From contig NC_081359.1 of assembly GCF_030684315.1 (NCBI RefSeq), forward strand, positions 92,846,838 to 92,910,837: DNA of 64,000 nucleotides, in the 5' to 3' direction. Both the position numbers and the translations under genes were made by a program. This document shows positions 26,999 through 39,717 of the stretch, one piece after another; position 1 is the stretch's first letter, and each line of letters begins with the position of its first letter. Below the pieces are notes generated by a model, which was not told where the DNA came from, searched no databases, and saw only the letters and a list, made by a program, of their open reading frames with translations. The DNA comes from Stegostoma tigrinum. Its lineage: Eukaryota.

Positions 26999-27456
26999 GA
27001 CCTGAATGGGATGCTCTTCAGAGGGCCAGTGTGGACTCAATTGGCCAAATGGCCTGCTTCCACACTGTTTGGGTTTTTTGATTTTGTACATGGATGAAAT
27101 AGTGATTTGGATGAGCTGATCACTGATTCTGGAGTAGTTTATACCCCCATTTAATTATTTCTGGTGAAACAGTAAATTGTTTTGTTATCAAGTGGCTAAC
27201 AAAACAACAGCGGTCGGGATGAGATTCTACGATATTTTTGAGTCTCTTTGGGAGCATCTCCCGGCACGATTGATAGCTGCCAGAAAAGGAAACGTTAACG
27301 TAGGGAAGATGCAAAAACCACCTTTTTAAAGAGGAGCATATGTGCCACATATACAGCAGTAATTCTGGTCACTTTTAAGCTGTGTGATCCTGAAACAATG
27401 TGGTTGAGAAAGATGAACAATTCTCTACTTTTCTCTTTTCCAGTGAGAGTGTTCTC

Positions 27457-27520
27457 ATGGCCACAGGTTTAACAGAGAGCAAGATGCAGGAGTCTGAAGG
27501 CCCCAGTGATGATGGCTCAG
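27457..27520 (+). CDS. CRACDL: CRACDL/KIAA1211L-like gene, putative first coding exon (MATGLTESKMQESEGPSDDGS-G)
   Basis: Pyrimidine tract plus cag acceptor (27441-27443), ATG at 27457, donor cag|gttagt at 27520/21. Its phase 1 end joins the 37067 exon to give G-KKKSKF. Length and acidic character resemble the vertebrate CRACDL N-terminus as I recall it. Confidence 0.7.
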
Positions 27521-27769
27521 GTTAGTAGATTAGAACTAATCTATTGCAGATTTTAGAGATATTAAATTTATCTGTTATTTTTAATCAAAAGATGGTTGAA
27601 GTGCTGAGATTTTTTTTTCGGTGGAAATTGAGAACATAATGTTATGATTTTTCTAGCCCTTGGAGAAGGAACAATACTAACTTGCTGCTGAATTCCTGTG
27701 GGCTTTCAAATTGTGAATAATTGTTACCAAACAGACAAATAATATTATTCAGCAAGAAACATTTCACGC

Positions 27770-28480
27770 CAAACAAATGCCAGGCAATGACCATTTCCAA
27801 GAAGAGACAATCTAACGATCTCCCCTTGACATTCAATGGTATTAACATCACTGAATCCCCTGCAGACAGCATCCTGGGGTTATCATTGGCCAGAAACTGA
27901 ACTGGACCAGCCGTGTAAACACAGTGGCTACAACAGCAGGTCAGAGGATAGAAGCGCGTATCCCACCTCCTGATTCCCTAAAGACTACCATTTACAAGGC
28001 ATATGACAGGAGCGTGATGGAATACTTCCCACTTGCCTGGATGGGTTCAGTTCCAACACAACTCAAGAAGCTTGACACCATCTAAGCCAAAGCAGCCCTG
28101 TTTAATTGGCACCGATCCAAAATGTTCCCTCCCTACATAGTACACACAGCTACTGAGTGTCGGCTACATCCAAGATGCACTGCAGAAATTCACCTAAAGC
28201 CCTTGAGGTAGCACTTTCCAAACCTATGACTATAGAAGGACAAGGGTAGTAGAATGAGTCACTCACTACCCTAACTTGGAAATATATTGCCATTCCTTCA
28301 GTGACATTGAATCAAAATCCTGGAATTTTTTTTCTCTAACAGCATTGAGTCTATCTACAGCACACAGACTGAGAGGTTCAAGAAGGAAGCTCACCACTAT
28401 CTTCAGGGCAGTGAGGGCTGGGCAACAAATGCTGTCCCAGCCAGCGATGCCCATGTTCCAAGAGTGAATTTTTAAAAAAA
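27770..28480 (+). mobile_element. Non-LTR retrotransposon 3' fragment (CR1/L2 group, distinct clade)
   Basis: IYKA..RSVMEYFPLAWMG...LKKLDTI*AKAA motif and tail gggcaacaaatgctg..ccagcgatgcccatg. Related fragments at 33795-34340, 2265-2390, 21040-21200 and 50585-50735. Confidence 0.7.
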
Positions 28481-28759
28481 CTTTTTAAAGCAGTATGGTG
28501 TTAACTGTGTAGCAGATGCTTAACCTGTGTGACCTTGCCTAACTGTGTGTAACCCTGATCCTAATGCTATCAGACACCTCTTTATCCATTCCCATTGAAA
28601 AATCCTTGCTCCACCACTGGAATCTAAACCAGGATGTGCCAGGATATTCAATACCATGTAAAATCAGGCATAAAAAGTGAAATAGGTAGAAGGAAAGAAG
28701 TAAGAAATTTAAGGAAGAAGAGGGATGCTCAAAGCAGATAAAAGGGACTTGTTAGATAC

Positions 28760-28880
28760 TTTTAATCAACCTGTTCAGAATAGTTATCACATACCTCTGC
28801 AGCAGATGGGAGTTGAACCCAGGTCTCCCGCCTCAGAGGCAGGGACACTGCACTACACTGAGTGCCCTGTAAAAGGATTT
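28760..28880 (-). mobile_element. Short tRNA-like SINE
   Basis: Homologous to 51020-51135, 57965-58070 and 59780-59895 (gtgtccct.cctctgag...gggttcaa.tccca.ctgctccagag). Confidence 0.5.
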
Positions 28881-30374
28881 CTTTTTACAAAAACAGTTTG
28901 ATTATTAACATTTGAAGCAGTCAGACCCCATAATTTGTAAACTTGAGGCCATGATTTAATGGAAGTATCAGGTGTGTCTCTGAGCTGGAGAGCTGGTGGA
29001 AGCTTCACGTTGCCTCTTTTTAGTGAATCATGTGCCATTTAGGCATTCAGCATGTCTTTCCCCAGAATCTATGATCCCAGGGGCAAAGGTCCTGCTGAGT
29101 ATCAGTGACCAGCAGCTTCTCTGTATTCAGCAGCGCTGCTGGTGACTCGATGGTTGCTGACAATACCCAACTATCTGGGCACGTAGATGGAGAGTTCCAG
29201 TACAAGTAAGCGATGGAGAGAAGTGGGAAGGTTTCAGAGTGTGGGTGATGGGAATGAAAGGTGAATGGTGCTGGCAGCAAGGCTAGGGGTTCCTCTCAGT
29301 GTCCCTGCTCTCTCGTATCGGGACCCTCCAGACAATGTCTTTGAGTCTGCCCTGTTCCTCCAAAGGTCTGCACCCAAAGGTGCCAGAATCTTTTGGATTG
29401 CTTCCCAAATGGTGAGCCCCCACCCCTGCCAATGGAATAATACCAATGGAGGTGGGTCGAGCCATCAAGTGTGCATTAATTGGCCTGTAAGGGCCTCAGC
29501 TTGGGGTCAAGGGAAAAGCATAATCAGCATGGAGATGAGAAGGCGACCAAATCCTCACCCTTGCCAGGAGAGGACACTAAATTCCAGCGTACGTTTTGAA
29601 AGCAGTGGTTTGGAACTGTTTACCACATAGTTATAAATTAATCTGTACTTGAATGGGCAATCCCAAACTTCTGCTAGTATTTATGCAGTTTAAAACCGAC
29701 TATTTCAGAGAGGTGTCAGTGTAGTGAAGTTTGTGGAGGACCAGCTGGAGGGAACAGCTTCCTGACTTCTACATTTCATTTCACGCGCAGAGGCTAGAAA
29801 TTGATTTGTGTAATACCAGTGTGTGCTCCCAGCCTTATTATTGTTGCCACAAAACCTGACCCATTAATTCAGATAGCAATCAGATCTTTTCCTGGCCACC
29901 ATTAATGGGTTAACTGTTAAAATAATAGATAAAATAACATAGCACAAATTCATTTGCGCTTCGATAACAAGAAAAATGATTTCCAGCTGACTGCACATTT
30001 TAGCTCCATGTATTGGCCTAAGATTATAGGTGTTCATTTTTTGTAGAGTCAAAAATTAAGATCTGCAAAAGATAATCAAATTTTGCAATGGGAAGATGGC
30101 AGACAGAGGAATTTTTATTGCTATAAGCAACGACATAAAGATTGTAAATGATATAAAGGCCAAAGATAAGATAAAAGAACAAATTTAGGAGCAGGTTAAT
30201 GTAATCGTGCACACAATGATAGTGGGGTCAGTGAACATGGGGTGCACTGCAGCCTGTAACCAAAACTACTATAGTAATGTTCCTCAAACTCATGAATTCT
30301 ACCACCTAGAAGAACAAAGGCAAATGGTGCAAGGGGATACTTTCCAAGCCTTAGCCCACAATCTGACTTTTTTT

Positions 30375-31165
30375 TGTAATCCTTACATTGGATGAGAAAG
30401 TCACAAGCAAAGCCAGCATTTGTAGCTCATCCCAAACTGCTCTTGACCAGAGTGTCTTGCTTGGCCCTTTCGGAAGATGGTTAAGAGTCAAGCATATCGC
30501 TGTGGGTCTGAGTGTGTAAACCAGAACAGATATAGATGGAAGATTCTCTTCTCTAAAGGATGTCGGTGAACCAGATGGGTTTTTACAACAATTGACAGTG
30601 GTTGCATGGTTGCCATTAGATTTATTTATTGAATTCAAATTTCACTGTTTGTCGTGGTAGGGTTTAATTCCATGTCTCCATAACCTTAATCGGGGCTTCT
30701 GCATACAACAAGTAAGGTGAGCAATTAATGTAGCGCTACTGAACTTCCATGAACCAAAATAGACCATTTAGGAATGGAAGCACAAGAGGATTAAACCCAT
30801 TAATGCAGCAGGAGACATCTCACTGAATTGTTTTTGTTTCCATTGCAGTGCACTGTTATCTTATGCCCATTCATTGGGATGTGTCATTGGCTGGGCCAGC
30901 ATTTATTACCTATTCCAAACTGCCCTGGAATTGAGTGACCTTGCTAAGCCATGTCAGAGGGCAGTTAAGGGTAAGCTAAGTTGCTGTGGGTTTGAAGACA
31001 TATGTAGGCCAGACCTGAGTAAAGATTGCAGATTTCCTGACCCTTAGCAAACCAGTTGGGTTTTCATAATTGCTACTTCCCAAGATGGGATTTGAACTTG
31101 TGTTCCAGAATATTGGCCTGGGTCTCTGGTGTATTAGTCCCATTAACATGACTACTACACCAGCC
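30375..31165 (-). mobile_element. Two tRNA-derived SINE copies (about 30375-30715 and 30868-31165)
   Basis: Both are reverse complements of the 11945/31680 family (ccagcattt.t...ttaagagtcaa...gaaccagatggg). Confidence 0.55.
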
Positions 31166-31367
31166 CTCTCAGCCGTCAGGTGGCATAGCACTCATGCTAT
31201 ATATGTATTCCATACTTAATTAAATTAGAATATATTTACAGATTCATAAGCCAGATTGGATGGAGATTTAAAATCACCTTGACACCTAACTGTTTGATTT
31301 TTGGAGCCTAGTGTTATATTTTTCCCTGATTCCAGTTCATCTGAATGCCAGCAACACCATTGTGGTT

Positions 31368-31596
31368 ATGAAATAACCGCACAGAGGCCAATATCCCATC
31401 ACCAAATCACACTTTGCTGATCTGCATTGGACACTGGCTCTGACCAGCCAGCTCAAAGTCAGTCCCTATCATGAGAAAAATCTCTGAATCTCTTGTTTGT
31501 TGTGTGTTAGCCAGGGCTCCCTGATTTGGCCCAGATCAACTGCCCTAATCATGGATCTCCATAGTCAGTGAAATCCTCCTGGCCCTGGATCCTACA
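31368..31596 (-). mobile_element. Solo Gypsy LTR
   Basis: Reverse complement starts tgtagg and ends tttca (TG...CA); homologous to 7457-7790 and 14087-14266. Confidence 0.6.
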
Positions 31597-31679
31597 GAAA
31601 GGAAAGTATTGTAATAGCTGTTTAAATAGGTTGCTGCCTCAGTTTATGGACGCAGTGGGCCCCCACAAGTGGAAGCAGT

Positions 31680-32005
31680 GACAGTGGTAATGTCACAGGC
31701 CCTGTAATACAGACACCCAGTCTTGAGCCTATGTTGGGATCCCAGTACAGTAACTGGTGGGAATTAAATTCAGCTCTGTTGTCTGGAGTTGGTCTTTATT
31801 GGGGATCACTGTCAAAAAACACATCTGCTTCACTAATGCCCTTTACTAAAGAGAAGCTGCTGTCTCCACCCTGATTAGTTTACATCGGACTCCAGAGTCA
31901 CAGTAATGCAGTTGACTCTGAAATGCTCCAGTTAAAAAGCAATTAGGGATGGATAAATTCTGACATTTAAGACTGACACCCGAGCCCTGTGAACATAAAA
32001 GACAA
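31680..32005 (+). mobile_element. tRNA-derived SINE
   Basis: gtggtaatgtcac...catctg.ttcactaatgcc...gcaattagggatggataaa. Confidence 0.55.
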
Positions 32006-32029
32006 TAGACGAGGAGTACCTCTAGGGGC

Positions 32030-32400
32030 CAAACAGATGGATAGATATACAAAATGATAAGGAACGCTAGTGGGGAGCAAGCCTTTATCCGAAAAGGATT
32101 AGGATCCAAAAATGAAGAGGTGATACTTCAAGTTGTACGCAGTATTGTTCAAAATTTTGGGCACTGCTTGGCCTTGGAAAGGATATGGTGCAAATTTCTA
32201 AGAATGCACAAAGACTTGCATGATAAGATGTTGTATGAGCTTGATTTGTATTCTGTACACTTCAGAAGGCTGCAGGGTGATCTAATGGAAGCATTTAATA
32301 TTGCTCAGGGATTAGACAAGGTGAGTGCAGTTAATGATTTCCTCTGGTGGGGGAGTCTAGAGCAAGAGCGTGTGGTCTTAGGGTGGAGTCTTCCAAACGC
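32030..32400 (+). mobile_element. Old decayed CR1 fragment
   Basis: ORF 32054-32404 contains LYSVHFRRLQGDLMEAFNI. Confidence 0.55.
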
Positions 32401-33264
32401 CTGAAAGACATGAGTTATGAGCAAGTCTTTCTTTTGGTAAATTATGGAGAGAATGGGGCTTTTAATTTTTTCCCCTGTTGAGGAAAAAGATGAGAGCTTG
32501 GCTACGAAGGAGCAAAATTGGGGAGTGTCTTTCCCACAAACAGCTGGAGAAGTTGTCGTAGATTTAACTTTTTAACAAATATTAAGAAAGCTTTCCAATA
32601 AAAACAAAACACTGCAGAGCTGGCAATCTGAAGCAAAAGAAGAATGTGCTGAAGAAACTCAGCAGGTCTATCAGCACCTATGGAGAGAGAAAGAGTTAAC
32701 ATTTTGAGCCCAATAACTTCCCCAATGATCTTTGGAACTCGATTCTCTGGATAAAAATGCTCGGCATAGTTTATACACTCAGTCTAGCTTTCTGGACTCA
32801 GAGCGCTAACCTTCTACAGCGTTTCCTACTTTACTACAAGGAAATTGAGCGGAAGGTGACCACTGCCCAGTGTACTTCTCTGCAGACTTTAAGATCTTTG
32901 GGTTTTGCTGGTAATGAAAAGTCCTGGCTATTCCGGAACAATTCCATTAACTACAAAGGAGCAGAACTTCATCCTGGCTCCCCAGTTTCTGTTTTTTTAA
33001 CTTGCCAGTTTCCTCCTTCATCTGTTTCAAATATTTTGGATGACCTATGAGCTGGGCCAGCAGGCACCGATAATGACAACAGGCAGGTGATGCAAATTAA
33101 AATATGTTTGGACTTTTCCCTCGGGTGATCATATTAGAGAGATTCCCTCCATTATGTAGAAAGCAGCTACTAATAACCAATCAAAAACTCTATGTAAATA
33201 AGAACAGGGAAATTTTCCACATGGGAACTCTACAGTCTTCTGGACTCTGTACTGAGCTCAACAA

Positions 33265-33715
33265 GTTTAGGCCTTGAACCACCTCTTCCCACGTCCTTAG
33301 CCCAATCCTCACACACCAGGTCTTGTTATCACAAGGTCTGCCACTACACACCACTCACCTTTAGCAACTAATAGCCCCCATTAGAAGCTATTCATTCTGC
33401 AGGCTAATTGTTATTCAGTTCTTTTGTCTGTCCCACTGTTCTTCTCTCTGTTTGGGCTCTATCTCCACCCTTTTAGTTACTCCTTACTTTCTCCCTCCCC
33501 ACCCTATCTTCTACATAAAAACCAACTGTTTCCCAGCCACCATCCATTCTGAGGAAGAGCTACTGGACCTGAAACAACTCTCCCAATACCTCAAATATAT
33601 GTAAAAATATCTTACACTGGTTAAAAAATGCCTTTGGTTTCTCTGAACTTTTCCAGCATTTTCTGTTCTTGTTTCTGATTTCCAGCACCCCCAGTTCTTT
33701 CATATTTTTGTTTTT
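33265..33715 (+). mobile_element. PLE family C 3' UTR/terminal fragment
   Basis: Homologous to 63380-63660; contains a decayed hammerhead ttctgaggaagagctactggacctgaaac (about 33547-33575). Confidence 0.6.
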
Positions 33716-33794
33716 GCTTTGATGTTTGTTTGTTTGTTTGTTTTGTATGCTGTTTGATTATGATATGTGCCTCTTCAGTCAGATGTTGCGAATT

Positions 33795-34340
33795 CCTGCT
33801 CCACTTGACACCATCCAGGACAAAGCAGCCTGCTTGATTGGCACAACATCCACAAGCATTCACTCCCTCCACCACCGATGCTCAGTATCAGCAGCGTGTA
33901 CTATCTACAAGATGCACTGCAGAAATTCACCAAAGATCCTCAAACAGCACCTTCCAAACCCATGATAACAAGGTGTAGAGCTGGATGGACACAGCAGGCT
34001 GAGCAGGAAAGCTGAAGATATGTGCCTAGACCTTCCAAACCCACAACCACTTCCATCTAGAAGGACGAGGGCAGCAGACATGTGGGAACACCACCACCTC
34101 AAGTTCCCCTCCAAGTCACTCACTGTCCTGACTTGGAAATATATCGCAGTACCTCCACTGTCACTGGGTCAAAATCCTGGAATTCCCTCCCTAATAGCAC
34201 TGTGGGTCAACCCACAGCAGGAGGAATGCAATGGTTCAAGAAGGCAGCTCACCAAAACCACCTCATGGGCAGCTAGGGATGGGCAAGAAATGCTGGCGAG
34301 CCAGTGACACCCATGTCCCACAAAAATTAATTTTTAAAAA
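33795..34340 (+). mobile_element. Non-LTR 3' fragment (27770 family) carrying a nested 67-bp PLE family A insert (33963-34029)
   Basis: LDTIQDKAACLIG. The nested insert is flanked by exact 14-bp accttccaaaccca repeats at 33949-33962 and 34030-34043. Confidence 0.75.
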
Positions 34341-34959
34341 GAAAGCATACTGAGTGAAACAGTCTGTGTTTATATCTAGTACATCACAATATGTTGGTAT
34401 CTCCAAACAATGGCTGGTCTCATGTTAAGGCTCCTAGGAATTTGTGCCACGTTGCTGTTATTCATCTGGATTTTCACAAGTAAATCCAAAGGCAAGAAGT
34501 GTATGAACATACAAACATTTTGATCAGGAGTGGGACCAGGCTTCTTTGGTGACTATATAGGCATATAAAGATATTTTTATGAATAAAGATGTTTTTTTTT
34601 TAAAATAAAAAATCCGTTTTTTCCTGAGTGTCTTTAATCTGTGGACTTTCTCTTGTCAAAGAGCTGATGAGGTGTCATCATTAAATATTTTCAAAGCAGA
34701 AGTGGGCAGTCTCCCCAGTGAAATGAGTTGAGGCTGTATCAGCCATGATCCAATCTGTTGGTGAAGCAGGATCAAGGGGTTGATTGGCCTGGCCCCACTT
34801 GTAATGAGTATTGTTTAACAGGAATTCACAATGCCTGACTGAATAGGCATGCATTGTAACCAGTCACTGAATTGTATACATCAAACAGACACTGATGTGA
34901 AGAAAAGAGGTGATTTAGCTGAAGTCCCCTCCCCCTCCCCCTCCCCCTCCCCACCCCCA

Positions 34960-36330
34960 CCCCTTGCTTCAAGAAGACCATCATCTCACTATCTAAGAAA
35001 GCACATGCAACGTGCCTTAATGACTACTGCCCGGTGGCTCTGACCTCCATAATCATGAAGTGCTCGGAGAGGCTGGTCGTGGCCCACATCAACTCCAGTC
35101 TCGCAGCCTGCCTCAATCCCCTAATGTTTGCCTACTGACATAACAGGTCCACAGTGAATGCCGTTTTCCTAGGCCTGCACTCATCCCTGTGACATCTGGA
35201 CAACGAGGACACCTATGTCAGTCTCTTGCTTATGGACTACAACTCCACCTTCAACACCGTTGTCCTCTCCAGATTGATCTCAAAACTCCAAGACCTTGGT
35301 CTCAGCTCCGCCCTCTGCAACTGGATCCTTAGCTTCCTGACCCATAGACTGCAATCAGTGAAGATAGTCAACTGTACCTCCAGGATAACACTCACCTCAG
35401 GAGCCCCCCCCCCCCCCCCCAAAGGATGCGTTCTCAGCCCCCTACAGTACACCCTGTACACACATGACTGTGTAGCTAAATTCCGAATGAATGCCATCCA
35501 CAAGTTTGCTAATGACACCCCTGTGGTAGGATTGATAGCAAACAGTGATGAATCAGAATACAGAAAGGAAATAGAGAGCTTGGTGACATGGTGCAGTGAT
35601 AAGAACCTATGTTTCGATGTAGGCAGAACTAAACAACTAATTATTGACATCAGAAAGAAAGGAGGAGAACATGCTCCCATCTACATAAACGGAGCACAGA
35701 TTGAGAGTGTTGAGAGCATCAGGTTCCTAGGAGTGACAATAACCGATGACCTGTCCTGGATTTCCGATGTTAATACTACAGTCAAGAAGGAACAACACTT
35801 CTTTGTAGGCAACACAGGACGTTTAGCATGTCCATAAGGTCCATCACCGATGTTTACAGAAGCACTACTAAAAGCATACTGTCCGTGTGTATAATGGCCT
35901 GGTACAGCAACTGCTCTGCCCAGGATTGTAAGAAACTAAGGTGGTGTGCACAGCCCAGACCATCATGAAAGCGAAACTCCTTTTACACTTTTCTCATTGC
36001 TATGAAGAGGCTGCCAACATCATCAAAGACCCATTGCAGCCTGGTAATGCTCTTCAACCTCTTCTGTCAGGCAGAGGATACAGAAGCTTGAACACATACA
36101 CCAGCAGGTTCAAGAACTGCTTTTTCCCTGCCATTATTAGACTGATGAATGGACTTTCTAACTTGAAGTAATGCTGATCTTGTTACTATTGATCTCGCCT
36201 AGTGCACATCCTGTGCAGTGTAACCTGTATGCCTTACTCTGTTGAAGTCTTTTTTTTCCATTCTATGATCTGTATGTCCTTGTTTACTATGATCTGTCTG
36301 TACTACTTGTAAACAATGCTGTTCACTGTA
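34960..36330 (+). mobile_element. Rex1/Babar-clade LINE fragment (RT)
   Basis: CLNDYCPVALTSIIMKC, DYNSTFNTV, GCVLSPLQYTLYTHDC, KFANDT, FLGVTITDDLSW and RFKNCFFPAIIRLMN are Rex1/Babar signatures. Confidence 0.85.
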
Positions 36331-37066
36331 CTTTGATTGGATTTATTGTCAGATGTACCAATCAATCAATCATTAGCCAAGGCTAAGGGCATGTTTTGCT
36401 TACAGCATAAGCCTGTCCGCTGAGATTATTCCCCTACCTTGGTCCTTCTCTAACTGATACAGTGTGGAACAAAAAAGTGCCTGTAGCTTTGTACCTGGAT
36501 ATTAGAATCTCATTTATTACTAGAGTTACACAAACACTATGCAATCCATTATAACAGTATTGTCCTGGGGAATAGGAACTGGGTATTGTCCTATTTATAT
36601 ACCACTTGGGCTCTGAGGAAAATTACAAATGAACAAATGTGAAAATAGCTACCTGGTTGTGCTGCTAAATAATTAACACTCAGTTTCTACCCGTTCAAGT
36701 TTTACCATTTTCTATCAGTGTCACCTTTTAAGTTTGTACCAGTGAGCAGTAGACTACTTGCTCACTTAAATGTTTTTATCATTTAATCAAGATAAATACA
36801 GCTTAAAACATTGAGGTAATTTTTTTGGGCATAGTTAAATATATTTAGACAAAGAGACACAGAAGAAGGGCATTCATTTTCCTGCGTCATGTTTTCTATG
36901 TTTATTGACTTAACAAGAATCAGGACCTGGGCCTACTCATAAAGCCAAACCCAAAATGTTAGTCTGTCTTTCTCTTTCACGTACTGACAGCTGTGGATCT
37001 GTTTTTGATGTTTCTGTAGTCTTTTTGTCGATTCATCGCTAATGATATTGCTTTGGAAATTTACAG

Positions 37067-37232
37067 GAAAGAAGAAGTCAAAATTCAAATCCTTCAAGAA
37101 GCTATTCGTTAAGAAGAAAAAAAAGGAGTTTATTGTCAACACAGAGAGGAACAGTATGAAGATGAGCCAGTCAGCAGGTGATGTTACAATTCCAGAGTCC
37201 GTCATCCCAGAGCTTGGGGAGAACGACCAAGG
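37067..37232 (+). CDS. CRACDL: CRACDL-like coding exon 2 (GKKKSKFKSFKKLFVKKKKKE...ENDQG)
   Basis: ttacag|GA acceptor, GG|gtaggg donor, phase 1 to 2. KKKSKFKxFKKxFxKKK is the characteristic N-terminal motif of the CRACD/CRACDL family. Confidence 0.88.
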
Positions 37233-38384
37233 GTAGGGCATTTAAAAGTAATGATTTGTAGCAAATCTTAATTACTGGAGCTTATCAATTTTACCCAACA
37301 GTAAGACATTTTCATATCTTATGCTGTTGAATCATATGTGTTGACAATATGTTTTAATCATTTATTTAAAAGGAAGTGAAAATGACATTCTAAAGCCTTT
37401 ATTACAGTGCCAGTGGAATACTCACACGGTAGGCTTTACATGAAATCTGAGACATGCTGTTTATTGTATTATCTATCTACAAGCGCTCCAGTTAGTGGTA
37501 GTTATCATTGCTGGTTCATAAAACAGCCATCCTAATTATTTTGGAATATGAAAATGAAATCCCATGTTTTGATGTAAAGTGTGATCTTTTTCCGAAAGGT
37601 TCAGCAGGGTTGGTTATTTAGCAGTCGATTGCTGCACCTTCTGTTGTATAATTGCCTGTTAATCAATGCAATTTCTCTAACATCTGCCTCAAATGACAGT
37701 GTTTGATAAATAGCTCACCATTCTCATACATAAATTGCATGAAGAAGCGCCCAGTTAATGATCATGCCTTGACTTGTACGTTATAGATGATGTGACAGCG
37801 AGGACTGCCCTTGCGAATTGATGGGATTGCTTTCTTTAGTCAGTGAACATGACCAGTTAAAAAAACAGTGAAATTTAGCTGAGTCTCAGGAATCTTGTTC
37901 ACATTTAATACGAAATGAAGTATTGTGGGTAAAATGTTAATTAATTTCAAGTCATTATTGTATTAATTTCTGTTGTGATATGTCAGTTTTGTTCTTTCAG
38001 TTTAAAAGGATCTGCTTAAGGCTAACAATAGAGCTGCATTAAGGAATGTAGATTAAACCCCACCAAGCATCTAAAGAAAAATGACTGAGAGTCAAGTCTC
38101 TCACAAAGGGCTGATGCTGAGAGTTAAGAACACTGGCAACAACTTAGGTTATTTTTTAGTGCTTATCTCACTTTTCAGTCTGCTTCCTTTAGTTCAAAAT
38201 TATTCTTTGTGACCTGAAAAAATGGGATTTTGATCATTTTAATTAAGTAATGCAAATAACAGAACAAGATTAGAATTTAGTGCTGAAATAATTGAGGTGA
38301 TCATTTACATGCAGTGATTGTAAATATCGACCTGGACTTCCTCATCCTCTTTGAAGTAGTATTAGTTCTTGTCTGTGTCAGAAA

Positions 38385-38660
38385 TTTCTAAAGTTTGCGA
38401 ACTAAACTCCAGTCCGATGTGCCCTGTGTAGTACTGAGGGGCTACTGTACTGCCTGAGGTGAGGCTTTTTGGCTGAGACATTAAATGAGGACTAATCTGC
38501 CTATCGAATGGATGCAAATAATCTGTTGGCACTATTTTGAAGACATACAGGGGACTCATCCCTGCTATCCAGACCAATTCTTACACTTCAAAAGTACACC
38601 ATTGCTTTAAGAGCACATTGTACTGCCGGATAGTCAGAAAAGGTGCTACATAAAGGCAAA
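38385..38660 (+). mobile_element. Deu-domain SINE
   Basis: gtagtactgagggggctactgtactgcctgagg...gagacattaaatgagg...ggcactattttgaaga. Confidence 0.55.
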
Positions 38661-39717
38661 CCTTACACTTTTAAGCATTTTCATTAGCTGTAAAGTGCAT
38701 AGTGACACAAAGACCCTATATAATTGAAAACCTTCAATTCTTTGCACATTTTAATGTAGAACAGAGTGCACCGTGGCGTTAAAATTGTATTTTGTTGGTC
38801 TTTCTTTCTTTTTCAAATAAAGGACAGAAGAAAGTAAATATTCCTTGCGTGGGATTTTTGACAAGAGCTAGTTCCTGTTGGAAATCTTGTAACAATCAAT
38901 GGCGGTATCTTGCTAAGGGCTGATCTGGAAGCACTCCAGAATTGTAAAGGAAGAAATAAAATTGATTTCAGGTGTCAAAAGCCAACTTGTGTACTGCTTG
39001 TATGAAGGAAGAGCAGCAGATTTATTTCTCACCCAGTCACTGACCGAAATGAAAAGCCCAGTTTACCCAGAAGTGTCTGCCTCCGTTCTGGGCAAAACAG
39101 CTATTGCACCTTATCTCATGTTGCATAAGGAATAGTGATGACCGGATGGCCAAGGCCCCACAAATGGCATATGTAGGACGCAGCAGTTCAGATTACACCC
39201 TCATCCCGAGAGACTTGGCTATTTGGACTGTACAACAGTAAGTGCAGGGCACTTAGTGGGGAGTCGGAAGTAGAGATTGAATACCAAACTTACACTCATG
39301 TGGCTGAATATTTGATTGAGTGAGTGATTTTTGGCTGTCAGTTTGGAGGTGTGAATTTGACACGACCACACTCGCTAAAGGTTTGCAGAGGCTTCTCATC
39401 TGCGGCCTTAATTCTTTGAAGGGAAGAGAAGGAGTTAGCTGGGCTTCTGCTAGGTGATGTCAAACCTGTAGGACATTTAACTCATTGAGCTTGAGAAAAA
39501 GGAAAATCGAGCACTTTCTCGAAGTAAATTTACTTCCCTGCGCCCCCGTCTCTGTATTTAGAAACTTGACTTGAATTTTAAATTTTACTGTCCAATTAAT
39601 ATTTTCAGTATAGTGCCTTGCATTTCCTTCATTGCTTAAAATAAATAAAAAAAATTTCATGGAAACACTTTTTAAAAACTTTACACCATGGCACCTGTCT
39701 TGAGCTGTTATTGTTGA

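Noticed and set aside
1-27443. Promoter or 5' non-coding exon of the CRACDL-like gene
   Set aside because: No CpG island or convincing exon seen; it probably lies outside the window or cannot be recognised by eye.
34926-35420. (ccccct)n and poly-C runs (also 63422-63438) as functional G-quadruplex elements
   Set aside because: Simple homopolymer or slippage expansions at or within decayed retroelements, and error-prone in sequencing.
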